Source: Candidatus Helarchaeota archaeon (GTDB lineage Archaea > Asgardarchaeota > Lokiarchaeia > Helarchaeales > RDOG01). From it: DNA of 64,000 nucleotides. The stretch spans positions 1 through 64,000 of the forward strand of contig JALGVI010000002.1 in the NCBI GenBank assembly GCA_029838215.1, read 5' to 3'. Below, piece after piece: positions 28,241-38,353 of the stretch (within the stretch, counting starts at the first letter, position 1; the number at the start of each line of letters is the position of its first letter). The notes beneath the pieces are model-generated. The model was not told where the DNA came from. It searched no databases and saw only the letters and a program-made list of their open reading frames with translations. The position numbers were made by a program, and so were the translations under genes.

Positions 28241-29194
28241 TTGATCGTGATTCAAGTCGATATTTTCTGGTCGTATGCTCTTGGAGCGATGTTCGCCGCA
28301 GCCGCATGTAGGCAGCTAAAACAAGAGACAAATAAATGGGCAAACAAATATTTCATTGGTACCGTCCTTTATTTGGCACTATTTTTTGCGCCTTCAGGAC
28401 TTTATCTCGTCTGGACATTCACGGCTTGGGAAAGCATGCAGGTTTTTGCCTATCCACAAATGATTCCTGCATGGTTGGTCATTATTTTTGGCATTACCAA
28501 CGTTACTAATGGTATCTTGGGTTATTTAGTCGTTTGGGCTCTAACGAAAAAAAATAGATATTATGAAGCATGGCTTCAAACCGTCATCGGGTATTTCTTG
28601 ATGTTCTTTGTTTTGGTTCACGGATGGGATGGCACGGGCTATCAACGGTTCCTTTACGACGCAAGTGCACCTTGGAACGGAGGGATATGGAGTGCAGGTA
28701 TGCTAATAAAAACGGGAACGTTATGGACTCACGGAATGCTGGACACGCTTTGGGTTTTAAGTCCCGTTGCCCTGACGCTTGTCGGAATGGGGATCTTGAT
28801 TTTACCACCACTTTTCATATATTGCAGCAAGTGGATGGTCCAAGGAATCGAAACTGATCCGTCAATTAAGGAAAAAGCACCATCTAAATCAAGAGTCATC
28901 ATCTTTGCATTGATATCGGTTTTTGGCTTAACTTTTGGCTTAGTACTTCTTTCATCAATGGCATGCTGGTTCTTCACTTTCATCTTGAACGTATTCAATC
29001 CTGCATTTTCCAGTTACTTGGCTCCGCTCGTGGCTTATCCCAATTGGACAATCAGCATCAATTCGATCATTGGCATGTGCATTGGACTCCCAATTGTTCT
29101 GATTCCCGCATATTTATTCGTATTGCGTCGAGGAGCAGTATTCTTCAAGGTTTATGAAAAGTTTATTGTGCCAGACCCACCACTAAATACCTAA
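28241..29194 (+). CDS. Hypothetical polytopic membrane protein (~7 TM)
   Basis: Multiple hydrophobic helices; QVDIFWSYALGA and HGWDGTGYQRF segments look like conserved motifs; family not named. Confidence 0.75.
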   Translation: MIVIQVDIFWSYALGAMFAAAACRQLKQETNKWANKYFIGTVLYLALFFAPSGLYLVWTFTAWESMQVFAYPQMIPAWLVIIFGITNVTNGILGYLVVWALTKKNRYYEAWLQTVIGYFLMFFVLVHGWDGTGYQRFLYDASAPWNGGIWSAGMLIKTGTLWTHGMLDTLWVLSPVALTLVGMGILILPPLFIYCSKWMVQGIETDPSIKEKAPSKSRVIIFALISVFGLTFGLVLLSSMACWFFTFILNVFNPAFSSYLAPLVAYPNWTISINSIIGMCIGLPIVLIPAYLFVLRRGAVFFKVYEKFIVPDPPLNT

Positions 29195-29300
29195 TTTTTT
29201 TTTAATTTTAATTTTGAAACCATGATGAAATTTCCAGATCAAGTAATTTTTATTACTTTTATTGAGAAAATATTTCCCTGTATCGTCAAAGGATTTGTAA

Positions 29301-30362
29301 ATGATGAGTAGAGAAATTTTAACCACGTTAAACAAAGAAATTGAAGATTTCTTGACTGAAAGGGGAGCAATTCGCGTGGGTTTTGCAACGCTTGAAACAT
29401 TAGCAGGAGGACCACCGAGTACTGACTTAAAGTATGTTCTTCCAGAAGCGAAATCTGCAATAATCTATGCGCTTCCACTTGACCGAAAGAAAATTCGCGA
29501 TTTTCTTGCAAAAAAAGAGCATTATAAAGCAGAGCTGGATGATAAAAAAGTTAACGAAAAGATTCATGAAAACAACAAGGAATTGGCGAAGTGGTTACAA
29601 GAAAAAGGTCATAATGCAGTTGCTCTTAAAAATAACAACATATATCGCACAGAACTCAAGGGTTGGAAACGCGACATGCATCCAGACATTTCGCACAGAT
29701 ATCTTGCTGCGGTTTCGGGTGTAGGGTCCTTTGGCTGGTCGGGAAATATTGGCATCAAGGGCTTTGGAACTGCCATCATGTTAGGTGCCATTGTAACTGA
29801 TGCCGAATTAGCTCCGACTCCACGAATTCCTCCCGAAGAGGGATTTTGCACGAATTGTAAGCTGTGCGTGGCAGTCTGTCCTGCGGGCTTTTTTGATGCA
29901 AGAGAAGAAATAGAAGTCATCATTGGCAGCGAGAAATTCACATATAGCAAGCGGCATGACAAATTTCGTTGTCAATTAGTCTGTGGTGGTTTTGCAGGTC
30001 TCCATAAAAGTGGGAAATGGTCAACGTGGTCGCCGGGTCGATTTAAGATACCCGATGATGATGAAAAGCTCTTTCCGGTATTGGCAGATGCTTTTTACAA
30101 GTATACAAAATGGCCAGAAAGAAAACCACCCGGTGGAGTTTCAAATCCGATTGCTCCAGACGTGAAATTGCGCATGACATGTGGCATGTGTCAGAAAGTC
30201 TGCACGGGTAATGAAGAAAAAACGCGGCAAAATTATGAGCTATTGATAAATTCGGGATGCGTCATTCAAAATCCCGATGGTGAAATACTAGTTCTCCCCC
30301 CAGAAGAAGCACAAGAGGCATTTGATGCCTTACCGAGAAAGCATCGCAAGCTTTATTGTTAA
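29301..30362 (+). CDS. Epoxyqueuosine reductase/reductive dehalogenase-like cobamide-[4Fe-4S] protein
   Basis: HRYLAAVSGVGSFG, GAIVTDAEL, CTNCKLCVAVCP, further CQLVC and CGMCQKVC; no Tat signal. Confidence 0.85.
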   Translation: MMSREILTTLNKEIEDFLTERGAIRVGFATLETLAGGPPSTDLKYVLPEAKSAIIYALPLDRKKIRDFLAKKEHYKAELDDKKVNEKIHENNKELAKWLQEKGHNAVALKNNNIYRTELKGWKRDMHPDISHRYLAAVSGVGSFGWSGNIGIKGFGTAIMLGAIVTDAELAPTPRIPPEEGFCTNCKLCVAVCPAGFFDAREEIEVIIGSEKFTYSKRHDKFRCQLVCGGFAGLHKSGKWSTWSPGRFKIPDDDEKLFPVLADAFYKYTKWPERKPPGGVSNPIAPDVKLRMTCGMCQKVCTGNEEKTRQNYELLINSGCVIQNPDGEILVLPPEEAQEAFDALPRKHRKLYC

Positions 30363-30367
30363 ATTTT

Positions 30368-31699
30368 TTATTTCCATTTGATCTTTCGGACGAATAAGGC
30401 TCTAACAAATAATAATTCTTGTAAGAAGAACCAGAATGGATAAACGATTAGCGCAGTTTTGCGGACGGCATATCCACCATAGATGCCTTTAGCCTTAGAA
30501 CAATGAATTGCCGTGGCGTACTTCGTGGTGAGGAGGATTAACAACAAGATAATTGAAATTGAAATATCCGCGTTATCCAAGGTCAAAGTCGGCACGAACC
30601 AATTGAAAGTGGATTGAAAAATTAATGAGATTGGAAATACATTAAAGAACCCAAGTAAGCCGATAATGAGAATGGTGAGACAACTCAATTCAATGATGAG
30701 TGGAATTAATGCGACCATTGCAAGTCCTAAAAAATATGGCGGATTTCTGCGACCATAACTAAATCCCGCAGAATACCAGCGTATGCGCTGTTGTATTGGA
30801 TTTGGGTGGCACAAATTGTCCACTTTCACGAATTTATTAGAAAAACCCTTTATTTTGTATCCCGCTTTTGCAATGCGGCTTCCTAACAGTAAATCATGGG
30901 CGTGTTCATGTTCGATCCCTGTCCAACCTCCGACTTCGTAAAATACGGATTTCTTGAAAGCCGCAGATCCTCCCCATAGAGCGCCGGGAATTTTAAACCC
31001 CCATTTATACAATACGTCTGCAGCCAAATTGAGCGCACCGAATCCGTGCCAGAGCAATCCTCCCATGTCCAATCTTTGTAAATCTGCTTTTGTATTATAG
31101 CCAAAAATCACGCCCATGCTTGAGATGCCGCCAACATTTGGGTCAAGAAATCCCTGCACCATGTACTTGAGATAGGTCGGTGGAAGAATGCAATCTGCTT
31201 CTGTTATCACGATTATTTCATGTCGTGCAAGTTCAATTCCCAGTGTTAGCCCATATGCAACGGAGTTATACCCCGGAGGCTTTGGAGGATGCTCGTGTCT
31301 ATTTATCAATTTGATATAAGGATGCTTTTTAGAATATTCTAAAATGATATCTTGAGTAGAATCGGCATCTGATTCATCAATCATCAAGACTTCAAGTTTC
31401 TCCTTTGGATATTCTTGATTTACGATAGAATCCAAAAGAGAACGAATGATTTTAGCTTCATTTTTTGAACAAACTAATAACGAAATCTCAGGTTCGTAAA
31501 AAACACGGTCGGGAAATCTCTGAAAATGTCGCGATGGATTAAAAACAAACGAACTGAATCGAAGATACGTTTGAAGGCGTTCTAGATGCCAATATTCATC
31601 CATTTTTCCTCGGAAATAAACACCTAAAGCAGACAAGATGACCGTATTACAATACGTGAAAACCAAAAAACAAATCACGAACCAAAAGAGCCGTAACAT
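30368..31699 (-). CDS. Membrane glycosyltransferase family 2 (QxxRW type)
   Basis: ISLLVCSKNE, IDESD, EADC (DxD variant), QQRIRW; N- and C-terminal TM helices. Confidence 0.88.
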   Translation of the reverse strand: MLRLFWFVICFLVFTYCNTVILSALGVYFRGKMDEYWHLERLQTYLRFSSFVFNPSRHFQRFPDRVFYEPEISLLVCSKNEAKIIRSLLDSIVNQEYPKEKLEVLMIDESDADSTQDIILEYSKKHPYIKLINRHEHPPKPPGYNSVAYGLTLGIELARHEIIVITEADCILPPTYLKYMVQGFLDPNVGGISSMGVIFGYNTKADLQRLDMGGLLWHGFGALNLAADVLYKWGFKIPGALWGGSAAFKKSVFYEVGGWTGIEHEHAHDLLLGSRIAKAGYKIKGFSNKFVKVDNLCHPNPIQQRIRWYSAGFSYGRRNPPYFLGLAMVALIPLIIELSCLTILIIGLLGFFNVFPISLIFQSTFNWFVPTLTLDNADISISIILLLILLTTKYATAIHCSKAKGIYGGYAVRKTALIVYPFWFFLQELLFVRALFVRKIKWK

Positions 31700-31954
31700 G
31701 ATATAGCAATCTCCTGTGTTTTTATAAAACTAACGTAAGTAAGCGGGATTTCTCTCATCAGTCTGAACCAATTCTTTTCCAGTAACAAAGCATCTCTTAA
31801 AAAATTCAATGCTTTTTTTGTCAGATCTTCGTTAATTTTGGCGGAAAAATTGGTGAATTCGCACAAGACATGCTTGAATTAAAAACTAAATCATTGACAT
31901 CCTTTTTATAGGAAGAACATCTAATTCTCAATAAAAATTCAGAGATGTCACAAA

Positions 31955-32413
31955 ATGACTATGATGGAAGATTTTACGTGTGAAAATTGTGGAAAAAAGT
32001 CATTCAAGGAGCACTTGTGTTCTCCAAACATGGTAAAAAAAGAACACAGCATTACTAAGGAAGAAATTGCAGCATTGAAGTTCTACTGCGGACATTGCGG
32101 TCGAGTAAGTCCCATAGAAGAGAATCTTTGCAAGCCTCAGCCTATCGATCCTGAAATGAAGGCAAAATTTGAAGCAGTAAAAATCACTGCGGGAAAAGCC
32201 CCTACATGCAAGAATTGTGACCAACCCGTGAGTCCACCGGGACACGTGTGCGATCCCCGACTCCCTTATACATGCAAGTATTGCGGAGTTGAAGTAAAAG
32301 ACATGCAACATATTTGCTCGGGATACATAGAAGCCTCGAAATATTTTTGTAAGTTATGCGGTCGCCTCGCCCCTGAGAAAGACATGTTATGTTCTTCTTG
32401 GGAATTGAAATAA
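31955..32413 (+). CDS. Small Cys-rich metal-binding repeat protein (5 x CxxC...xC)
   Basis: 15 Cys in five units: CENC..HLC, CGHC..NLC, CKNC..HVC, CKYC..HIC, CKLC..MLC. Confidence 0.75.
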   Translation: MTMMEDFTCENCGKKSFKEHLCSPNMVKKEHSITKEEIAALKFYCGHCGRVSPIEENLCKPQPIDPEMKAKFEAVKITAGKAPTCKNCDQPVSPPGHVCDPRLPYTCKYCGVEVKDMQHICSGYIEASKYFCKLCGRLAPEKDMLCSSWELK

Positions 32414-32656
32414 TTATCTTATTTTTTTTCCTTTTTTTGCTTGAAACTGAAATGTTTCGTTTATAGAGTGATCTTTTTCCAAAAATCTTGCGTGAATCGA
32501 ATTTCGGTCTTTGGTCCTACTGTCAGAAACATGCAAATCTCCAAAACAATTTTAAATTCAAAGATTATACAGATAAATTAAGAGATTTTTTTAAAATGGA
32601 TTGCAAAAATCCCCATTGGATTGGGGTTTTATTCAATATTACATGTAAGATCATAA

Positions 32657-34519
32657 ATGGTGAAAAATTTGAACGGGTACATGGGAAAATTATTGCGCGT
32701 GAATCTTACGGATGGATCGTTCAAGGATTTCGAGCTTAAAAAATCCCTTACCGATAATTATATTGGTGGAACCGGGATCGGTGCACGGCTCCTTTATGAT
32801 GAACTTGAATCAGGAGTTGACCCTTTAGGTCCAGATAATAAACTCATTTTTATGACGGGTCCATTAACAGGAATAATTTCGGGAAAGTTTGAGGTCATTG
32901 CTAAAAGTCCATTAAGTGGACCGTATGGCGATGCGAATAGTGGAGGTTTTTGGGCTCCCGAGTTGAAATTTGCAGGGTATGATGGCATTATTGTCGAAGG
33001 AAAGAGCCCTTCTCCAGTAGTCTTGACGATTCTCGAAGGTCAACCTGAACTGGTTGATGCGAAAAAGACATTGAAAGTCTGGGGAAAAGAAATCGCCAAG
33101 ACGGAAAGTGCCATTCGAAAGCACTTCAGGGATCCAAAGATAAAAATTGCGTCAATAGGTCCTGCAGGTGAAAAATTGGTATTATTTGCTTCAATCATGA
33201 ATGATGGACGCGCTCTCGGTCGATGTGGAATGGGAGCCGTAATGGGTTCAAAAAACCTTAAGGCAATCGCAGTAAAAGCACACGGTGCAAATGAAATCAA
33301 GTTGGCCAAGCCGGATTTGTTTGAGGAACTCCTACCCGCATACTTCGCTGCGTGTAGGAAAGACATGAGCATCAGTTCATTGGGTAATCTCGGCACGCCA
33401 CAAACAGTAATGCTTTCTAGTTCGATTAGCGACATGCCTTCTAAATATTGGACTCATGGCATTCCTGAAGTGAAAGAGATTGATGGCGTTGCGATTCAGA
33501 AAATCAACATCAGGACACCGACATGTTACAGTTGTCCCGCCCATTGTCATAGATGGATAAAGATTGGTGGATTTGAGGGCAAAGGTCCTGAATACGAAAC
33601 GATTGCAGCATTCGGTTCGCTGTTGCAAAATCCCAAGCTCGAACCCATTGTGAAAGCTAACACGATGTGTAATAATCTCGGAATGGACACGATTTCCTGT
33701 GGTTCAGTAATTGGCTGGGCAATGGAAGCATTCGAAAAAGGAATCCTGACAGAAGAAGATATTGGCATGGACTTGACGTGGGGAAACATGGATAGTGCTT
33801 TAAATCTCGTTAAGATGATTGCAGATCGCAAGGATTTTGGAGATACTCTTGCTGATGGAGTAAAGCGAGCAAGTGCGAAGGTTGGTAAAGGGAGTGATGA
33901 ATTTGCCATTCACGTTAAAGGTCTTGAAATGCCCATGCATGAACCAAGAGCCCTAAAGATGATTGGTCTTCATTATGCGACGGATGCCGTGGGTTGCAGG
34001 CACTCATCAAATCATCATGCCTTATTCATGGAATTAACGAGCTCGGGAGTACCTGAATTGGGAAAGGTCACCAAACGAGCCAAGCCACGGACAAAAAGTA
34101 AGAAAAAAGCAGAACCGTGCAAGATCACGCAAGACTATAACATGGTCATTGCATCCTATGTCGTTTGTTGTTTTCTCTCTGTTGGAAAGGTCATTAATTC
34201 TCAGTTGGACATGTATAATGCAATTACGGGAAAGTCGAATACAATTGAAGACATGCTTCTAATAGGTGAACGAATATTCAACCTGCGACGTGCCTTCAAT
34301 TTTAAACACGGTGCAACACGAGCTGATGACACGCTTCCAAAAAGAATGACATCAGAACCACTCCAAGAAGGTGGGTCTAAAGGAGAAACGGTTCCAATTG
34401 ACGAGATGCTTCAAGAATACTACGAATTCCGTGGATGGGATCCCGCAACCGCAAAACCAACAAAAGCAAAACTTGATGAATTGGGACTAACTAAGGTAGC
34501 AAAAGACCTCTGGAGCTAA
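32657..34519 (+). CDS. aor: Aldehyde:ferredoxin oxidoreductase family (W/Mo-pterin)
   Basis: GYMGKLLRVNL, AKSPLSG, SGGFWAPELKFAGYD, GRCGMGAVMGSKNLKA, CYSCPAHC, GPEYET, LGMDTIS. Confidence 0.95.
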   Translation: MVKNLNGYMGKLLRVNLTDGSFKDFELKKSLTDNYIGGTGIGARLLYDELESGVDPLGPDNKLIFMTGPLTGIISGKFEVIAKSPLSGPYGDANSGGFWAPELKFAGYDGIIVEGKSPSPVVLTILEGQPELVDAKKTLKVWGKEIAKTESAIRKHFRDPKIKIASIGPAGEKLVLFASIMNDGRALGRCGMGAVMGSKNLKAIAVKAHGANEIKLAKPDLFEELLPAYFAACRKDMSISSLGNLGTPQTVMLSSSISDMPSKYWTHGIPEVKEIDGVAIQKINIRTPTCYSCPAHCHRWIKIGGFEGKGPEYETIAAFGSLLQNPKLEPIVKANTMCNNLGMDTISCGSVIGWAMEAFEKGILTEEDIGMDLTWGNMDSALNLVKMIADRKDFGDTLADGVKRASAKVGKGSDEFAIHVKGLEMPMHEPRALKMIGLHYATDAVGCRHSSNHHALFMELTSSGVPELGKVTKRAKPRTKSKKKAEPCKITQDYNMVIASYVVCCFLSVGKVINSQLDMYNAITGKSNTIEDMLLIGERIFNLRRAFNFKHGATRADDTLPKRMTSEPLQEGGSKGETVPIDEMLQEYYEFRGWDPATAKPTKAKLDELGLTKVAKDLWS

Positions 34520-34604
34520 AATCAACACATTTTTTTAATTTTATTTGATTATAAGAAATCAAAAGCAAAAAAAAGATATGAGTATTTTTTTAATTTTTCT
34601 CATT

Positions 34605-35780
34605 TTATTTAAGCGATTTATAGATTTCCCTGGAAATGATGAATTTCTGAATGTCAGTTGTACCGCCCACAACCCACATGACTGGTGCCATGCGATGTGC
34701 AGACATGACAGCGGAAGAATTTGCCGTGATTGCTTCACCTGCGAGCGTATAAAGTGCAGATGTCGTGACTTCAGTTTCCATTTCGGTTCCATAGGCGAAA
34801 GCCATAGAAGCTATTAACGTTGCATCTTGATGTGCATCAATTGTTTTCGCAGCTTCAATGGTCAATAATCGTGCTGCCTGTAATTTGGTTGCACAGTCAG
34901 CAAGTCGGAAGCTGACCCATTCAAAGTTCCTGATTTTTTGCTTGAATTGCTCGCGTTGTGTAGAGTAGAGTAATGCATCATCATAAGCTCGTTGTGAGTG
35001 TCCCACACATGCCGCAGCCATGCCAACGCGCTCGGTATTAAGTTCTGCCATGAGTTGTTGAAATCCCTTACATTCTTCACCAAGGAGTTGGTCTTCAGGA
35101 ATTCGACAATCATTGAATTCTAATCGAGCAACACTTCCTCCTTCCATTCCCGCCAGGGGGTATTCAAATGCAACTTTAAAGCCGGGGAAACCCTTTTCAA
35201 CAAGAAATCCCGTTATTGCTTTACGAGCGTTCTTCTCTTCTTCCACAGTTTTTGTCCTGCAGAAAACTGAAATGACATCAGCATGTCCACCATTCGTAAT
35301 GAAACGTTTATGACCGTTTAATACCCACTCATCGCCTTCTTTTCGAGCAAACGCCTGCATCCGTGTTAAATCGGAACCAACTTGATCTTCAGTCATTGCG
35401 ATGGCGCCAATAATTTCGCCTTTTATCAGTTTTGGAAGGTACTTTTCTTTTTGTTCTTCACTTCCGAAAGTCGCCAGCGGCATTCCGAATAACGTTGCCG
35501 AGACTAATCGGGTCATTTCAATGGCACCGTTAACATATGCGATTTCTTCGGCAACGATGGACTCGTTTACAGTCCCCGTGCCTTCGTTATTACCACCATA
35601 TTTTGGATCATGGATGCATCCGCAATAGCCTTCTTTAGCCATGAGTCTTAATGCTTCTCGGGGAAATTCTCGGTCCAAAGTGCATTTCTCACGCAAGGGT
35701 TCGAGTTTTTCCTTAGCAAATGCACGGACTTCTTCCCGCAATTTATTTTCTTTATCCGTATAAAATAGAGATCGAGTCAT
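34605..35780 (-). CDS. Acyl-CoA dehydrogenase (long-chain/isovaleryl-type catalytic Glu placement)
   Basis: AMTEDQVGSDL, LNGHKRFITNG, LNTERVGMAA, REQF. The C-terminal VVGGTTDIQK lacks the usual Glu. Confidence 0.92.
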   Translation of the reverse strand: MTRSLFYTDKENKLREEVRAFAKEKLEPLREKCTLDREFPREALRLMAKEGYCGCIHDPKYGGNNEGTGTVNESIVAEEIAYVNGAIEMTRLVSATLFGMPLATFGSEEQKEKYLPKLIKGEIIGAIAMTEDQVGSDLTRMQAFARKEGDEWVLNGHKRFITNGGHADVISVFCRTKTVEEEKNARKAITGFLVEKGFPGFKVAFEYPLAGMEGGSVARLEFNDCRIPEDQLLGEECKGFQQLMAELNTERVGMAAACVGHSQRAYDDALLYSTQREQFKQKIRNFEWVSFRLADCATKLQAARLLTIEAAKTIDAHQDATLIASMAFAYGTEMETEVTTSALYTLAGEAITANSSAVMSAHRMAPVMWVVGGTTDIQKFIISREIYKSLK

Positions 35781-36020
35781 GAGTTCACCTCAAGTTTTAG
35801 TCTCTCTTCAATTTCTTCTGATTCTTGGATGTTTCTCCATCAATATCGAAGAAAATTGTCCTTCAATTCCAAAAGATGCTCAATTCATTCAGCACGTATC
35901 GTGGAATTGAAACGATTAACTTGCACGTCAAAACTTAAAAAATTCTTAAAAAAATTTTTCCTACAAATTGTTTAAAAAAAGGAAAATGCATTTCTTTTGT
36001 GTTTATAATCAGATAATTAA

Positions 36021-36992
36021 ATGATTAAAATGGTTTTGAAACTGCTGGAAGCCGGATTTGTAGGATTGATGATGATTTTTCTTCTTATTTTCATCTTTAT
36101 TATATTTAATTCAAGTGGAACGTATGTTAAATTAACGTCTAGTCGTGGTTTTATCCGTTTTCTTTTTCAGTTGGCTCACATCCCTGTAAAAATCTTCAAT
36201 AGGATGAGTTCTTCCGCTCTTTATGAGGAATGGGAGATCGAGAAAAACCCACCTGAGTGGTTACCTCCCGAAGTTGTTTTGTTAAAAGATTCCTTAACAT
36301 GGAAAGATCGTTCATATTTTTGGCATTTGCTCCTGCGTTCGGGAACCCACGCCATGCATGAAAATATCGGAAAAGAATTTTTGCCACGATTGGTTGCTCA
36401 TTCCATCAAAATCATTTTTTCCAGAATAGTCCATGTCTTGATTCACTTTCCGCGCTCCTTGCGTGAATTTCGAGCTCATCCCATTGCAGGGTATCTAAAA
36501 CTCACGGGTTCATTTTCAGGTGGAGCAATTAATTGGATTTGCCATTCTCCTTACAAGAAAAAATTTGTTACGATTACTAGGAAAGCGGGTTTTCCAATAG
36601 GATATTATTATGGTAAGCGATATCTTGAAGATCCTGTCTTTAAAGCCGTAAAAAATGATGCTCTAAAAGCAATGCAATTTATCATGGTCGTATACGTTCT
36701 TTTCGGTCTATCAGGATGGGAAAAACACATTTATCCTAAGAACCAACCCATTGTTAAGATTTCCTCGGCAGATCACGTGACGATTAATTATGAAGGTCGT
36801 CCATATCTTTGTCCTCACCGCGGAATGCGCTGTCCTGAAATTTGTGACGCATTTGTATCTTGGGAAGATGGACTGGTCCAAGCAGTTAATCCCAACCTGA
36901 CATCTTTTGTCGGTAAAAGGCTGGCAGCAGGAGATAACGAATGCGAAGTCATTATCGCTCCAAAAAGTAAAAAATCAACCAGAACAGACTAA
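36021..36992 (+). CDS. Hypothetical protein with N-terminal membrane anchor and C-terminal V4R-like (Cys4) domain
   Basis: Hydrophobic aa 8-30; C-terminal LCPH..RCPEIC..WEDGLVQAVNP..KRLAAGDNECEV. Confidence 0.6.
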   Translation: MIKMVLKLLEAGFVGLMMIFLLIFIFIIFNSSGTYVKLTSSRGFIRFLFQLAHIPVKIFNRMSSSALYEEWEIEKNPPEWLPPEVVLLKDSLTWKDRSYFWHLLLRSGTHAMHENIGKEFLPRLVAHSIKIIFSRIVHVLIHFPRSLREFRAHPIAGYLKLTGSFSGGAINWICHSPYKKKFVTITRKAGFPIGYYYGKRYLEDPVFKAVKNDALKAMQFIMVVYVLFGLSGWEKHIYPKNQPIVKISSADHVTINYEGRPYLCPHRGMRCPEICDAFVSWEDGLVQAVNPNLTSFVGKRLAAGDNECEVIIAPKSKKSTRTD

Positions 36993-37894
36993 GAATCGTC
37001 TTTTTCAAGATAAAGACAGCCATGCTCTTTTAATTGTTCTATCCGAATAATTATTGTTTCAAAAATGATGCGGTTGAAAAGATCCTTGCATTTCGGGTCA
37101 ATTGCCGAAAATTCATATACACGAATCTTCAATAAGTTTTGAATTGCTTCACCTTCTAATGCCCCCTTGAGATCCTGCTTATTTGCGATGCAAATCTTGA
37201 GAGCACTCGGACATATCTCATGAAGTGGTTTGAGTAAGGACATTTTCGTCTTTAAACAATTTTTTGATGTTGAATCAACCACGAAAATGAACATGTACGC
37301 TCTTCTCAATGCATCTTTATCAACAGGTGCGATTTCCCCATTCACGATTTTCCGGATTGTTGTCTTTGACACGTCAATAAGGTTTATGTTCAATGGTAAA
37401 AAAATCGTATTTAACTTAGTATTGGCTTCTTGCATTAAACCATATTGCCTTTCTTCACCGGGAAATGAATCGAAAATCGTGGTTTTGCCAACGCTAGCAT
37501 GACCAATAAGGAAAAAATTTATTTCGTGAATTTTCTCATGGAGTAAAGTCCTATAAAAATCGACATCAACGTACTTGCCTGGTGATTCCTTGATCATTGC
37601 AATTTTTGTCAGCTGATCAAATGTCCGTTCATCCAATCCTGCAAAATTTGGATGCTGTTTACGGATTTTTTTAACGTATTTTTCCCCGCTTGAGTTAACA
37701 GCCAATGGTAGACGCTTGTAACAATCAACAGGACACGTTTCACAACCTTGCAAATATACATATTCAATAGCACGATCAACATTAATCTGAAAAACAAGAC
37801 CTTCATAATAAATGTATACAGAATCTTTCTCAAGGTCTAACTCGAGATTTGCTAAGTATTCCTTGATGAAGTTCTTTTTAGAAAATGCATCCAA
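36989..37894 (-). CDS. Small Ras-superfamily (Arf/Rab-like) GTPase with Cys-containing N-terminal extension and degenerate G3
   Basis: GHASVGKTT (G1), FIFVVDST, IANKQD (G4), FSA (G5); G3 reads DVSK instead of DxxG. Confidence 0.85.
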   Translation of the reverse strand: MDAFSKKNFIKEYLANLELDLEKDSVYIYYEGLVFQINVDRAIEYVYLQGCETCPVDCYKRLPLAVNSSGEKYVKKIRKQHPNFAGLDERTFDQLTKIAMIKESPGKYVDVDFYRTLLHEKIHEINFFLIGHASVGKTTIFDSFPGEERQYGLMQEANTKLNTIFLPLNINLIDVSKTTIRKIVNGEIAPVDKDALRRAYMFIFVVDSTSKNCLKTKMSLLKPLHEICPSALKICIANKQDLKGALEGEAIQNLLKIRVYEFSAIDPKCKDLFNRIIFETIIIRIEQLKEHGCLYLEKDDS

Positions 37895-37932
37895 TTTTAT
37901 ATAATCCTGAAAAAAACTTATTATTCAAGTCA

Positions 37933-38196
37933 TCAGGTGTCAGGTTTCATGTCGGATCGTCCTACCTCTCGAATCTGATAGTTAGGATCTATCCCCAGAA
38001 CCACGACACAAGCATCTCCAGCAGCATTTTTATGGGGAACTTTAAAAATAAAAGGCCATCGTTTAACATTTGGCGGAAGTTCGATCTTAAGAGTCAGAAT
38101 TTGATCGCACTTCGGACATTTAAAGACCTTGGTTTTCCCCATTTTGTACACCTTTTTAATGGGCGTGGTTCGATAAACCTGAAAATGCACCCACAA
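37933..38196 (-). CDS. Small zinc-ribbon-like protein (CPKC...H..C)
   Basis: FKCPKC...WPFIFKVPHK..DACVVVLGIDPNYQIR; co-oriented just upstream of the GTPase. Confidence 0.7.
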   Translation of the reverse strand: MWVHFQVYRTTPIKKVYKMGKTKVFKCPKCDQILTLKIELPPNVKRWPFIFKVPHKNAAGDACVVVLGIDPNYQIREVGRSDMKPDT

Positions 38197-38353
38197 TTGA
38201 AAATTTTACAAAGGCACTTCTTTTGATATTTATATTATTTCAGCAAGTTTTCTAAATTAAAAAATTTTGCATCACGACTAAAATTTTATCACGAATCTAA
38301 TTTTAGCTCGTTATACCAAACAAATTTTTAAAAAAAAACACGAAAAGGAATAC

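Noticed and set aside
34605-34660. Missing catalytic Glu in the second acyl-CoA dehydrogenase (VVGGT instead of IYEGT)
   Set aside because: LCAD/isovaleryl-type enzymes place the base on helix G, and LNTERV supplies it, so this is not a pseudoenzyme.
35781-36020. Possible small gene or TGA-readthrough frame upstream of the second acyl-CoA dehydrogenase
   Set aside because: The longest minus-strand frame has two internal TGA stops and no recognisable protein motif.
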